In this document: one piece after another, positions 1-10,595 of the stretch
Position numbering within the stretch: position 1 is the first letter of the stretch
Layout of the letters: every line of letters starts with the position of its first letter
Source: Candidatus Poribacteria bacterium
GTDB lineage: Bacteria > Poribacteria > WGA-4E > UBA9662
Direction: 5' to 3'
DNA: 64,000 nt
NCBI GenBank assembly: GCA_036339735.1
Contig: JAYZAL010000038.1
Span: 11,023 to 75,022 of the forward strand
Position numbers and translations under genes: made by a program
Notes under the pieces: generated by a model
The model's database searches: none
Told to the model about the DNA's origin: nothing
Seen by the model: only the letters and a program-made list of their open reading frames with translations

Positions 1-794
1 TATATAAAAGAGGCCTAGGGTTGGGTGCACTAGAAGAGTTGGCCCCTTTCTTTTTTCGCATGTAGATCATAGTGAGAATCTACATGTTAAATTGAGAACG
101 TTATATAAGAACGGTTTAAGAAAAAATTAAGGTTATTTCTGATTATCTAAGGAGCTGAAAAGATAGGAATTCTCTAGTTTAGGTTTCTAATCAGATTTTT
201 TTATTTGTTGTAATCACCATCTTTACTATTCTCTGTCGGTGCTCAATTTCACCTCAAATTATGAACAATAGAACAGGCCTAAAAACAAATCTCTTTTCAG
301 CTGGTGCATCCTATTGACGAGTCCTACTAGCGTTAAACTAGTTCTAAGCCTTTAATTGATGGGTTCAAATTTGGATATTCGCCTGAGAGAAGAAATCAAA
401 CTTTGGAAGGATAGTGTGCTCAGGTCTATGGCGTCTTAGAATCGGTACGATAATCTTCCGATAATTCGTAGTCCCTGGTAGATAGACTGGGCCTTCAAGA
501 GCATCAGACTTCAATCCATTTCAGTTACAAAATCACCTGCCCTTCTTTGACACTACTAATCATTACAAACATCATATCACAACGGCCGTGGACTGTTCCG
601 AATGAAGAGTTCATATGTATTCGACGACCGAACTCAGTCATAACTACTATGCTGGCAAACTTGATGGTCTATTCTTTGACATTCTGTGGACAAATGGAAC
701 TATCGATTATCAATACATAAGCAAGAACGGTTCAGTGAATCAAGTGGATGTCATTTGGTTGACAGTCACAATTTTTAGCTTATAAGGAAAATTT

Positions 795-1553
795 ATGTAT
801 CAGAAAGAAGTAGAGGAAACTCGTTGTTTGTGGAACAAACTGGCTGACGACTGGTTGATTCAAGTTGGGGATGAAGGGGACCGTAATCGTATCCTAAATT
901 CTGATCCAGTTTTATGGGAATTTGCAGGGATGGTAGATGGATTAAAAGTAATCGATGCTGGATGCGGTACAGGCTATTTGGCTAATAAGCTACACCAACT
1001 GGGAGCAAAAGTCATTGGTGTTGATTTTTCTATCCGAATGCTGGAGATTGCGGGAAGTCGTTATCCAAATATTGATTTCCGACTAGATGATTGTTGCCAA
1101 CTTAGTACAGTGAGTGATGAAGAATTCGATTTGTTGATTTCTAACTATGTACTGATGGACATGCCTGATTTAGATGGGGCAGTTGACTCATTTTACCGAG
1201 TGTTGAAACCAAAAGGGGTTGCTATTATAGTCTTTTCACATCCTTGTTTCGATGTTGGGAATTCAGAAAGTCTGGAAGGAGGTACCCGTCGTACTTTCAC
1301 GTGGGAACATCCCTACTTTGAGATTGGAAGGCGTGTTGACAAACCTTGGTCCCATTTTACGGACGAGTTCATCTGGTTTCACCGACCACTCTCAGACTAC
1401 TTTAAATCCTTTAAGAGGGCTGGTTTTTTAATAGAAGATTTTGAAGAACCCAGGATCCAGGAAGACAAATATCACTTGGTAAAAGATGAGAGAAAATTAA
1501 GCCAATTAAGTAGTTGGCCTTATTCAGTCGTCTTCAAATTGAACAAAACATAA
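795..1553 (+). CDS. Class I SAM-dependent methyltransferase
   Basis: Rossmann SAM-binding motif 'VIDAGCGTGYLA' followed by acidic 'VIGVDFS'. ATG start with an upstream AAGGA Shine-Dalgarno. Ends at TAA. Confidence 0.75.
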   Translation: MYQKEVEETRCLWNKLADDWLIQVGDEGDRNRILNSDPVLWEFAGMVDGLKVIDAGCGTGYLANKLHQLGAKVIGVDFSIRMLEIAGSRYPNIDFRLDDCCQLSTVSDEEFDLLISNYVLMDMPDLDGAVDSFYRVLKPKGVAIIVFSHPCFDVGNSESLEGGTRRTFTWEHPYFEIGRRVDKPWSHFTDEFIWFHRPLSDYFKSFKRAGFLIEDFEEPRIQEDKYHLVKDERKLSQLSSWPYSVVFKLNKT

Positions 1554-1831
1554 GACCTGAAATCCAAATCTATAAAATTCGAACTAGTTTTTTTACTGAA
1601 CTTGTGAAACTTGGTTGAAAGGCAGCTAATACAAATAGGATGGACATTATTAACAGCTCAAACTCTCCTTCTTCCCCCTAGTATTTCAAATTCCAATAAT
1701 ATATACTCGTTGGCCAGGCCATAAAATTTCTGTTATCGCCAATTTTAATTTGGGGGCAATAAATAATTTTATTCAAGCCTTGGATACCTACGCAGCAACA
1801 CGATTAAAACCCACTGATCTGGGTAGTCATT

Positions 1832-2254
1832 ATGGCTTACTGCTATTTTTTAGAAGTCTCTTCAATTCGTTTCTATGATAACAAATCGATGGGTCGACTC
1901 CTGCCAAGACGAACGAAAATGAAGAACAGAGAAGAATCTATGAGCTACGAACCTCACAAGACATCGGCAACACGAACAATAGACGATAATTTAGATTATG
2001 TGGACTGGCAACTTGTCTATACCATTTCTGATCCGGTTAATCGCCAAATTATTTTGGATGCCTTAGAAGGTGCTAACGTCCGGACAATTTTGAAATCCCA
2101 CGATAACGATGCTTATGGTGGGATTCTTGACCACAGATTTGCGCCAGGTTGCGGACAGATTCTAGTCGCACGTCAAGAAATCGAATTGGCCTCCGAAATC
2201 ATAGCCGAGCTACTCGGCTCGTTATCATCGACTAATTCTTACCTTGATGAGTAA
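1832..2254 (+). CDS. Small DUF2007-like (putative signal-transducing) domain protein; true start probably internal
   Basis: The C-terminal ~70 aa ('ILDALEGANVRTILKSHDNDAYGGILDH...ILVARQEIELASEIIAELL') fit the DUF2007 pattern as I remember it. The N-terminal extension is of doubtful coding quality. Confidence 0.3.
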   Translation: MAYCYFLEVSSIRFYDNKSMGRLLPRRTKMKNREESMSYEPHKTSATRTIDDNLDYVDWQLVYTISDPVNRQIILDALEGANVRTILKSHDNDAYGGILDHRFAPGCGQILVARQEIELASEIIAELLGSLSSTNSYLDE

Positions 2255-2350
2255 TCGGCGATGGATATCGACTTGGTAATTGTTTAATAACGATATAGGT
2301 AAGGCAAGCCAAGACTCCACGGGCAAGAATTATCGGCTTGTAACGTTAAC

Positions 2351-2572
2351 ATGAAACGACAGACCTCAGGCTCCGGTTTAACGATACGAGCCTTACTGTT
2401 AGCGATGGTCGCCACCACTATAATCGCATTTTGGACTCAACACAGTGATCGGACCTATCGAAAACTGTTGCCATTTTTCTTAGGACTCATTCTTGGCGAT
2501 TTCTTCATGGGTGGGTTCTGGGGAGTAGTGGGCTGGTTCTCAGACCGACCAGGTTATATCTTCTTTCCATAA
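2351..2572 (+). pseudogene. C-terminal fragment (73 aa) paralogous to the 647-aa polytopic membrane protein at 23027-24970
   Basis: Direct alignment by eye: 'YRKLLPFFLGLILGDFFMGGFWGVVGWFSDRPGYIFFP' versus 'YRTALPFFIGLILGEFVLGSFWSILSLITGQPMYAFKNW' (C-terminus of the 647-aa ORF). There is no upstream ORF covering the remaining ~570 aa. Confidence 0.45.
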
Positions 2573-3096
2573 TTTGTACAAATGATAGACAGAAAATGGT
2601 TGCAAGACCGTTTCAAACTTGACTCGTACTGTAACCCATTATATGATGCCACCACTGGGCTACCAGTCACATGGAGGAATTCATTGGATGGCTCGAGTAG
2701 AACTAAGAAAAAATTGGTTTTTGGCTTTGGGATTGGTTCTTGTCTTTGACTATAGTTCACTTTCTGCCATTGCTTTTGAATGGGTCGTTACTCCACTTGG
2801 AGGCAAAGATAAGCGCTCAAGTCCTTATGAACCAGGCGATGTCGATTTTTTGGACAATGGCTTTATGACCTGAGCTACAGGTGGTGACATCTGGGGAGAT
2901 AAGTTAGGTTGTACCCTATGTTCACCTTAAAAAGCCAATCAGCGGCAACTTTACCATCGTTTATACTATTGAAGAACATACGATTGTCCCTCCTACTGCT
3001 TGGAGTAAATGTGGGGTAATGGTGGATCAGGAACTAGATATGGCAACAAGAATCTTGGGTAAATTTGCATGACTAAGCTAACCACAAAAGACCACA

Positions 3097-4422
3097 ATGA
3101 GAGAAGGGTCATTTATGGGTGATAAACTGAATATCCTATTCCTTTTCGCTGATCAAATGCACGCGTTTGCAATGGGCTGTATGGGAAACCCAGAGATTCA
3201 TACTCCAAATCTGGATTGTATGGCAGACGAAGGCGTTCTGTTTAGGAATACCTATTCGAACGCGCCGGTATGTACTCCTTTTCGAGCAACTCTTGTCACT
3301 GGACGGTATGGGACACAAACCGATACGTTGAAAAATGGTAGCTACTTTCCACAAGAAACTCGCACAGTTGCCACGGCTTTAAACAATGGAGGATATCGAA
3401 CCGGCTGGGTAGGTAAATGGCATCTCGGAGGTACTGGAAACGCTTGGATCCCACCGAACCTGCGAGCTGGTTTTTCTGAGTTTATTGGTTACCAATGCTA
3501 CAATGATTTTTTACACAGCGTAAAGTTCTATGACGAGGAAGGCAAGGAATACTGGTATGATAAGCACCGAACAGAAGCCACGACTGATATTGCGATTGAA
3601 CGACTAGAAGGGATGAAGAAGGGACCGTTTGCACTATTTGTATCTTATCAGAACCCCCACTATCCAGAACAGCCATCATATGAATATGATCAAATGTATA
3701 AGGGTATCTCTTTGACTAGACGGCCCAATTGCCAAAGCGTTGACCCTTATACTCCAACTCACAGCCCACCGAGTCCCAAACCAAAGGAAAATGATCCTCT
3801 GTACCAAAAGTATGGAAATAATTTGGGGGAGTATCATCGACAGTATTATGCTATGGTTTCACAGTTGGATGCCAACGTAGGTCGCATTCGCCAAGCGCTT
3901 GATCGGCTAGGTCTTGCGAACAATACAGTGGTAATATTTACATCTGATCACGGAGATATGCAAGGAAGCCATGGCCTAACTAATAAAGGCACTTTTTGGG
4001 AAGAGTCAAGCCGGATTCCGCTAATTGTGTACGTACCAAATGGCGCACAAGGATTGATTTCTGAGGATCTAGTATCAGGTGTAGATTTCTTTCCTACCTG
4101 TTTAGACTATGCTGGGTTACCTCCGGAGCCTTCGGTGGAGGGTGATAGCTTTGCCCCACAAACTCGTGGAGTACATCAGGTTCTTGAGCGACCAATTTTT
4201 TCTGAGATGAGGCAGTGGTGTATGGTACGAAAGGACAATCTTAAACTAGTTGCAACTAAGAAGCCATTGGAAACCACCCACCTATTTGATCTGGGAGTGG
4301 ATGAATATGAAATGAACAATTTGATAGGTCATCCTAACTACGCCAGAAGTGAAGAAAATCTCATGTCCATTCTAAAGGATTGGTACAAACGAGTTGGGTT
4401 AGTAGAGAATCACCCTGACTAG
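3097..4422 (+). CDS. Sulfatase (Cys-type, formylglycine-dependent)
   Basis: Sulfatase signature 'PVCTPFRATLVTGRY' (C-x-P-x-R) and 'GKWHLG'. No obvious signal peptide. An alternative ATG at 3115 (MGDKLN) has a better GAGAAGGG Shine-Dalgarno. Confidence 0.85.
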   Translation: MREGSFMGDKLNILFLFADQMHAFAMGCMGNPEIHTPNLDCMADEGVLFRNTYSNAPVCTPFRATLVTGRYGTQTDTLKNGSYFPQETRTVATALNNGGYRTGWVGKWHLGGTGNAWIPPNLRAGFSEFIGYQCYNDFLHSVKFYDEEGKEYWYDKHRTEATTDIAIERLEGMKKGPFALFVSYQNPHYPEQPSYEYDQMYKGISLTRRPNCQSVDPYTPTHSPPSPKPKENDPLYQKYGNNLGEYHRQYYAMVSQLDANVGRIRQALDRLGLANNTVVIFTSDHGDMQGSHGLTNKGTFWEESSRIPLIVYVPNGAQGLISEDLVSGVDFFPTCLDYAGLPPEPSVEGDSFAPQTRGVHQVLERPIFSEMRQWCMVRKDNLKLVATKKPLETTHLFDLGVDEYEMNNLIGHPNYARSEENLMSILKDWYKRVGLVENHPD

Positions 4423-4668
4423 TTGATACCAATAGTCTACCGTTGATTAAATCGGATCAGCTAGAAGGCATTTAAAAATTGTACCACGACCGAAATATGT
4501 TTTGTTAATTTGACTGAGATTTCTGACCTGATGAACTATAAATGGTATGGGTTCGAAACAATGGTGTAATATTACAATCCATGATCATCTGTCGAATTAA
4601 ACGCATAAGATACTCCAAGCAGGTACTGCTGTTTGCTTTCCAAAGAATCAAATGTAGGAATTTAGCCA

Positions 4669-5424
4669 ATGATCGATTTTACGGTCTTTGATGTTGACTT
4701 TCCGCTAGAAGCCAAGCAGCGTGTTGTCGTCAACACAGATGCTAAAAATGAGGCAGACGATCAATATGCAATTGTCCACGCTGTACTAACCGGCATCATT
4801 CCTACCCATTTTGGAACACGTAAATCAGTCACAAGTAGCAGGACAGCTACGACGAGACCATGGTTACTCCTACGTCTAATGGACCTCGAACAGAAGATAA
4901 GAGTCGAAGCCGGCGCAACGCAAGCCATGCCAGACGAATCGACGCCTATTGATTCCTAATCATCGAAGAGGCAATGAAAGAGGATAAAAGACCACTTCAC
5001 ATCGCCTCCTACGGCCCACTTACTGACATGGCATCCGCAATCTTACTTGAACCCGAGATTCAGAATCGAGGTGTCCGTGTACTTCTGGATTGGAGGGCAC
5101 ACATGGCCAATTGGAGGTAAGGAGTATAATCTCTCAAACGGCGTCCACGTCGCGAATATGGTAATGAAGTCAAATATTGAAATGTGGCAAATGCCGAGAA
5201 ATACTTACTGGTCAATGAGTATTTCTTACGCCGAGCTAATCGAGAAGGTATACCCCTTAGGTGAAATCGGGAAATACCTAGTCGAGCAACTTCTGGAACA
5301 CAACGCCAAAAGGAGTCCTATTATAGAATGCCGTTCTCTGGGTGATTCTCCTTGCATTGGCATTATTATTGATCCTGAGTGCGGCCAGTGGTCCTGGCGT
5401 CCGGCTCCAACATTCGACGAGTAG
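4669..5424 (+). pseudogene. Inosine-uridine nucleoside N-ribohydrolase-like gene disrupted by at least two frameshifts
   Basis: Frame 1 (4669-4959) gives 'VVVNTDAKNEADDQYAIVHAVLT', resembling the hydrolase N-terminal Asp cluster. Frame 3 (4953-5108) gives 'RPLHIASYGPLTDMASAILLEPEIQNRGVRV', resembling the 'GPLTNxA...P' motif. Frame 1 again (5047-5424) gives 'IGGHTWPIGGKEYNLSNGVHVAN...'. The three pieces are colinear with one IUNH-like protein. Confidence 0.5.
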
Positions 5425-5698
5425 ATGCACTATATTCACACTGGACAATACCGATCTATTCTTGTTTACGATGATGTAAACACCCGTTTTATCCACGAGG
5501 ATTTTTTCGCCAAACTAGCACAATTTATCCGACGTGGGTCAAAAATCTAAAAGCATCAAATTCTTTCACTGTTATACCGTTGGGAGCTTGAAAGCTCCGA
5601 TTAGCCTCAATCTACAGTACTAAATAATCGAAATCACGCTAGATGGTACCGGTACCGCCTAGATTTCGTTCTTTTATGGGACTACCCTTTATAAAATA

Positions 5699-6823
5699 GT
5701 GGGAGTGAATTTCATGCAAATCTTTCACCCTTATATACCAATAAAACTCAAACTCACTGCTCGTATATGGGTATTCATCAGTTTGCTGTTGATTCTTCAA
5801 AGCCATGCCAATTCAATCAATTGGGGAAAACCCGTCCTAAAACAACAGCCAGAATGGTATGCTTCTGCCGCAGCAAAAGCCATCGCAGATAATGTGCTGT
5901 TCTATCAATCCAAATTTGGCGCTTGGCCCAAAAATTGGGACTTAACAGCCACAATCACTGTTGAAGCTTTGGAGAAGTTGAATAAAGGAGGTAAAGCTAA
6001 TACAATTGATAATGGTGCTACTGTAACGCCGATGCGTTTCCTTGCGTTGGTCTATCAATCCAACCCCGATGATAAATACCGTACTGCTTTTAATTTTGGT
6101 GTGAATTATCTTCTCGATAGTCAGTATTCTAACGGCGGATTCCCCCAATACTTTCCTCTACGTGGTGATAAATACTATTCCCGTGTTACTTATAATGATG
6201 ATGCAATGATTAATGCTCTCAAAATAATCCGCGACGTAGCTAAAAGTCAAGCGCCCTACGATTTGGCAGATGATAAGCTTCGCGCCAAGGCCGTTACCTC
6301 GGTGGCAAGTGGCATCAGTTGTATACTGAGAACACAAATCAAACTCGATGGCAAACTAACTGCTTGGTGTGCACAGTACGACGAAAAAATATTGGAACCA
6401 GCATGGGCACGCTCCTATGAACCACCTTCACTTTCGGGAGCTGAAAGCGTTGGTATTGTACGCTTTCTAATGTCGATAGAAGAGCCAACTCCGGAGATCA
6501 TCTCGGCTGTTAATGGTGCTATTTTCTGGTTCAAGGATGTCGCCATTCATGGTATTCATGTTGAAGAGTTCATCGATGCTAGCGGAAAGAAAGATAGACG
6601 CGTGGTAGCTAGTTCTGACGCCAATCCGATCTGGGCACGTTTCTATGAAATTGGGAGTAACCGACCAATCTTTGTTGACCGTGATTCGGTGATTCGCTAC
6701 TCGTTCGCCGAACTCGGACAAGAACGTCGTAATGGTTACAGCTACTATGGTCGATGGGCAACTAAACTGGTGTCGGATGAGTATCAGAAATGGAGCGAAA
6801 AGCACAATCTATCGAATGAATGA
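5699..6823 (+). CDS. Secreted polysaccharide lyase family 10 (PelA-like pectate lyase)-like protein
   Basis: Signal peptide. Repeated 'G(A/G)WPKN' and 'TIDNGATV...RFLA' motifs that I associate with PL10/TIGR02474. The likely real start is ATG 5714 (MQIF), which has a GGGAG Shine-Dalgarno. Confidence 0.5.
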   Translation: MGVNFMQIFHPYIPIKLKLTARIWVFISLLLILQSHANSINWGKPVLKQQPEWYASAAAKAIADNVLFYQSKFGAWPKNWDLTATITVEALEKLNKGGKANTIDNGATVTPMRFLALVYQSNPDDKYRTAFNFGVNYLLDSQYSNGGFPQYFPLRGDKYYSRVTYNDDAMINALKIIRDVAKSQAPYDLADDKLRAKAVTSVASGISCILRTQIKLDGKLTAWCAQYDEKILEPAWARSYEPPSLSGAESVGIVRFLMSIEEPTPEIISAVNGAIFWFKDVAIHGIHVEEFIDASGKKDRRVVASSDANPIWARFYEIGSNRPIFVDRDSVIRYSFAELGQERRNGYSYYGRWATKLVSDEYQKWSEKHNLSNE

Positions 6824-6894
6824 CTGGAACTCGTTTCTCAGGCTCTCATTATGATGATAATGGACATAACACCCTAAACTAAGAGGAACTACAG

Positions 6895-7623
6895 ATGAAA
6901 ATAACCACAAAATATTCGACAGTTCTCTGGATATTTTTTGCAACTTCGATTGGGTATAGTGGCACTTTTTTCGATGACTTTAGCGATATTGATAAAAGTA
7001 AAGAGATTTGGGAAGTAGTTCATCGAGATTGGAAGATCACAGACGGATTTTATTGGGCGCCAGGGAAAGCCGGTTTAAAAACGGTTGCCTTGAGCTTACT
7101 ACCGATTAAGGCTGAAGACGGAATGGTGATTGAAGCACAATGTAGTGATATGGGAGACGGACAATGGCAAAATTTTGCTATTGTCTTTTCCTATGAAGAT
7201 GAAGATGAAGTTTATACAGCTGGAGCAGGGGTAGGAAATAAGATGTGGCGATTTTTCCGACTGACCCCAAAGACTGCAGCTAAAGGAGGTAGATGGGGGG
7301 CCGACGTTATTGAGGGCTTACCAACCAAAACGCCTTTAGCTGTCAAGGAATGGTATAACATCCGGATTGAAATTAAAGGAAATGATGTATTCCTATTTGG
7401 CGACTCTAAACCAAAGGGGGTAAAATTGAAAGAAAAACATGTATTTAGGAAAAAAACAGCTCCCAAAGGTCGTTTGGGTCTTGCCGCGGCAGGTGCGTCA
7501 CCAATGTATAACCATATCAAAGTTACCGGGCCAAATGTGGAAGACCTGTTTCCTGTTTCGCTTAGAGGCAGACTAAGTACTATTTGGGCGCAAATTAAGC
7601 GGAAGAATTCCCCTGAGAGATAA
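6895..7623 (+). CDS. Secreted concanavalin-A-like (LamG/DUF1080-like jelly-roll) protein
   Basis: Signal peptide and AAGAGGA Shine-Dalgarno. 'W..V...W.I.DG' and 'EWYNIRIEIKGNDVFLF' resemble the DUF1080 / 3-keto-disaccharide hydrolase fold pattern. The call is weak. Confidence 0.4.
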   Translation: MKITTKYSTVLWIFFATSIGYSGTFFDDFSDIDKSKEIWEVVHRDWKITDGFYWAPGKAGLKTVALSLLPIKAEDGMVIEAQCSDMGDGQWQNFAIVFSYEDEDEVYTAGAGVGNKMWRFFRLTPKTAAKGGRWGADVIEGLPTKTPLAVKEWYNIRIEIKGNDVFLFGDSKPKGVKLKEKHVFRKKTAPKGRLGLAAAGASPMYNHIKVTGPNVEDLFPVSLRGRLSTIWAQIKRKNSPER

Positions 7624-7806
7624 AGACAATGACAAAACCGTTTGGATGATCAGTCATGAAGTGAAGGGAAACAACTAGGGAGATATACTGTTATTGAAGA
7701 AACAAATAGTGATTCATTCTTGTTTAACTTGGAATTGTAGCAAACAATATCAATATATAGTCAAAAGATCTCCTTGGATGCTGCTTGCCATCTGTTCCTG
7801 AAGAAT

Positions 7807-9411
7807 TTAGTAATCGTCTACAACGTGGGGATCAATTCCGGGCATGGTGTCAAGTTTCCATATGTCCACCGACACGTCGTTGGCCTGTGGCAAACCAGGG
7901 GTACTTCGCCCATTGGAAACCTGTTTCCTCAGCAAATCCAATAAATCCCGGACTTTGTCTGGATTTTTCATATACAGATTATGCTTCTCTTCAGGGTCAT
8001 CTTGCATATCATAGAGCTGAACTAAGGGAAAGCCTGCCTTGGCAGCTTCAGCATCATTATAAGTCCATCCACCGGAGCCGGGACACAATACCAGTTTCCA
8101 TCGACCACCTCGGATTGCGAACTTACCAGAAATGGAGTGGTGCACTAAGTCCTCTCTTCTACCTGAAGAACTCTCCTGATTCAATAAAGGTAGCATACTG
8201 ATACTGTCTTCGCCAGCACTATCAGGAAGTGTATCACCCAACATCTCTGCACAGGTAGCTAGCAAGTCAGATAGGCAGATCAGTTGGTCGCATTCAGTTC
8301 CGGGTTCGACGACACCTGACCATCGTGCGAAGAACGGAACCCTATGGCCTCCATCCCAGGCATCAGACTTATAACCTCGATATGGACCGCTCGGATAATG
8401 CCCCTGCGGCTCCATCGCTTTTTCGTAATTACCTTGACCATCTTCTGACACCCCGACATAGGGAGCACACCCGTTGTCGCTGGTAAAGACAATCAAGGTA
8501 TTGTCGGCCATATCATATTTATTCAGTGAGGTTAGGACTTGTCCGAATATGTCGTCAGTCTCTAACACCAGATCGGCATACAAATTATTCAATCCACTTT
8601 TTCCAATCCAAGGCTTATTGACCGAGAGTGGAGTGTGGGGAGAAGTCATGGGAAGGTAGAGGAAAAATGGTTGATCTGAAGCCGCCCGTTGCTGAATATA
8701 GTGGTCAGCCTGCTTGGCCCAGATTGGCAGCAATTGCTCGAAGTTCCAATAGGGCATGGCTGGACCTGAGAAGCTAGCCAAGTTATCACCAACCAGACGA
8801 GAGGGTAGGAATTCGGATGGTATTCCCACTGTACGATCGTTCTCGATAAAGCAGTAAGGAGGCCAGTTGGGAACATCCACACCGAAATAGTAGTCGAAGC
8901 CACGAGTGGTTGGCCCACCGGTAGTCGGTCTGGAAAAGGCTTCATGCCAGCGTTGTTGTTGTTCAAAACTGGCTTGCTCTCCATCATCTGGTACCGTAAG
9001 GCCGGAGACGTAGTTGCTACGAGGATAAAAATCTTTCTCGTTGAATTCAAAGTCCCAACCTTGTCCTAGGTGCCACTTACCGATACAAGCAGTATGATAG
9101 CCGTGCTGACGTAGGAAAGCAGGTACAGTCAGTCGATCCGTCGAGATCAGAGGTGGCCCATAAAGGCCGACAATTCCTTTTTGCAGAGGTGACCGCCAGT
9201 TGTAACGGCCAGTTAGTAGGCTATAGCGCGAGGGGGAACAGACCGCAGAACTGGAGTGTGCATCAGTGAACGTCATTCCTTCTCGAGCGAAACGATCAAT
9301 GTTTGGTGTGTGGATCTTGCCGTTTGGGTTTAAGCAGGAGGCGTCTCCATACCCCATATCATCGACAAAAAAATAAACAACGTTGGGTTTAACCGGTTTA
9401 GTAATCATCAT
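7807..9411 (-). CDS. Arylsulfatase (Cys-type)
   Basis: 'VVYFFVDDMGYGD' and 'SSSAVCSPSRYSLLTGRY' (C-S-P-S-R signature). Later 'GKWHLG' and 'VFTSDNG'. No signal peptide visible. Confidence 0.85.
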   Translation of the reverse strand: MMITKPVKPNVVYFFVDDMGYGDASCLNPNGKIHTPNIDRFAREGMTFTDAHSSSAVCSPSRYSLLTGRYNWRSPLQKGIVGLYGPPLISTDRLTVPAFLRQHGYHTACIGKWHLGQGWDFEFNEKDFYPRSNYVSGLTVPDDGEQASFEQQQRWHEAFSRPTTGGPTTRGFDYYFGVDVPNWPPYCFIENDRTVGIPSEFLPSRLVGDNLASFSGPAMPYWNFEQLLPIWAKQADHYIQQRAASDQPFFLYLPMTSPHTPLSVNKPWIGKSGLNNLYADLVLETDDIFGQVLTSLNKYDMADNTLIVFTSDNGCAPYVGVSEDGQGNYEKAMEPQGHYPSGPYRGYKSDAWDGGHRVPFFARWSGVVEPGTECDQLICLSDLLATCAEMLGDTLPDSAGEDSISMLPLLNQESSSGRREDLVHHSISGKFAIRGGRWKLVLCPGSGGWTYNDAEAAKAGFPLVQLYDMQDDPEEKHNLYMKNPDKVRDLLDLLRKQVSNGRSTPGLPQANDVSVDIWKLDTMPGIDPHVVDDY

Positions 9412-10376
9412 TTTTTATTAGAAGTAGCAGACAGGAATCTGATCAACGAAACAATGCTAGTTTTCCTTTTATTCACTTGCAGAAATTGCCGACCGGACAA
9501 CTTTCACACCCTATCTTTCGCCTTGATTAATTAACCATTTGTAGACTCATGTTCTACACGAAATCCAGTGAACATATCGTTGAAATGCACCAAATCATGG
9601 ATATTATTCAATTTAGTGACATGGGCCTTCACCGTTTTTCCTTTAACTAAATTAATTTGGCTTCTTTATTTCTATAGATTTTACTAAAATTGAAGAATTC
9701 TGTATACTATCTTCTATTGGTCCCTGATTGTAGGTAATCGCGCAGACTATGTATTGATAATGAATAATAAGCAATCAAAAGCCGACCCAAAAATGAAAAA
9801 CTTATCCATCGTCTGGTTGACAAATAGAATGATTAGTCAATGCGAATACGAAATGATGTATCTCCATTTATCGAATCAACTCAGCCTAACTCAACAAAGA
9901 AATCAGCACTTATGGTTAGCCAGGCTAACTCTATTTTCTGGAGCATCTTTGACAATTGCAGCTATCATATAATTCATTGCCTCTAACTGGAAAAGATTAG
10001 CATACGGATACAAAATCGAATTGATCGGTGGAGCAACACTAAATAACATACGTTTTGGCCACTTCGTCCTGCCTACTGAAAGATTACTTCCGGTTTTCCG
10101 GTTGTATCACAAAAAATATAGTTGCTGTGCATACGAATTAACTAAGTGTGTATCGATAGTAGTTGTTAGATATGTGATCGCGTTGAACCCGTCCTGAATT
10201 TTGGCTTCCATAAGAAATCCCCGACCAATCTAATTAGAAAATTGATATCTAAAAACTAGATATTACCTAGATAAATTCTGATTGTCAGCCCCTCATGTAT
10301 TACGTGTCACTTAAGTTTGGCATGCGAAATGCTCATCTGTTCCTAGTGATTTTAATAGTTCAAGGAAAAAATTAAT

Positions 10377-10595
10377 ATGAGTAGTTTGATTATGGCTTCA
10401 CTGTTTTCATCTTCTCGATCTAAAAAAAGAAGAGTGCGCTCAAGGGAAAAAATGGCTGAAATCAACTCTTCAATTGCCACATTTACAAAATTAAAAGAGA
10501 AAGGATTGATCTCAGAGCCAGAGTTTGAATTGCTAAAAAATAAATACCTCAATAGATATCAGACATACCTTGATCGATCACGATTTGGTATTTAG
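10377..10595 (+). CDS. Small SHOCT-domain-like protein
   Basis: 'LKEKGLISEPEFELLKNKYL' matches the SHOCT motif. It is isolated inside a 1.7-kb gene-poor region and could be spurious. Confidence 0.3.
   Translation: MSSLIMASLFSSSRSKKRRVRSREKMAEINSSIATFTKLKEKGLISEPEFELLKNKYLNRYQTYLDRSRFGI

Noticed and set aside
59-86. 9-bp perfect inverted repeat CATGTAGAT-10 nt-ATCTACATG near the window start, preceded by a T6 run
   Set aside because: It lies about 700 bp from any gene in the window and the upstream context is outside the window, so it cannot be assigned a role.
3136-3354. Dozens of 60-140-aa ORFs on the opposite strand inside larger genes (e.g. 3136-3354, 7785-8201, 8646-9050, 23400-23597, 24594-25010, 40318-40719, 62156-62621)
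   Set aside because: They are fully embedded antisense or shadow ORFs within well-supported genes and have no motifs.
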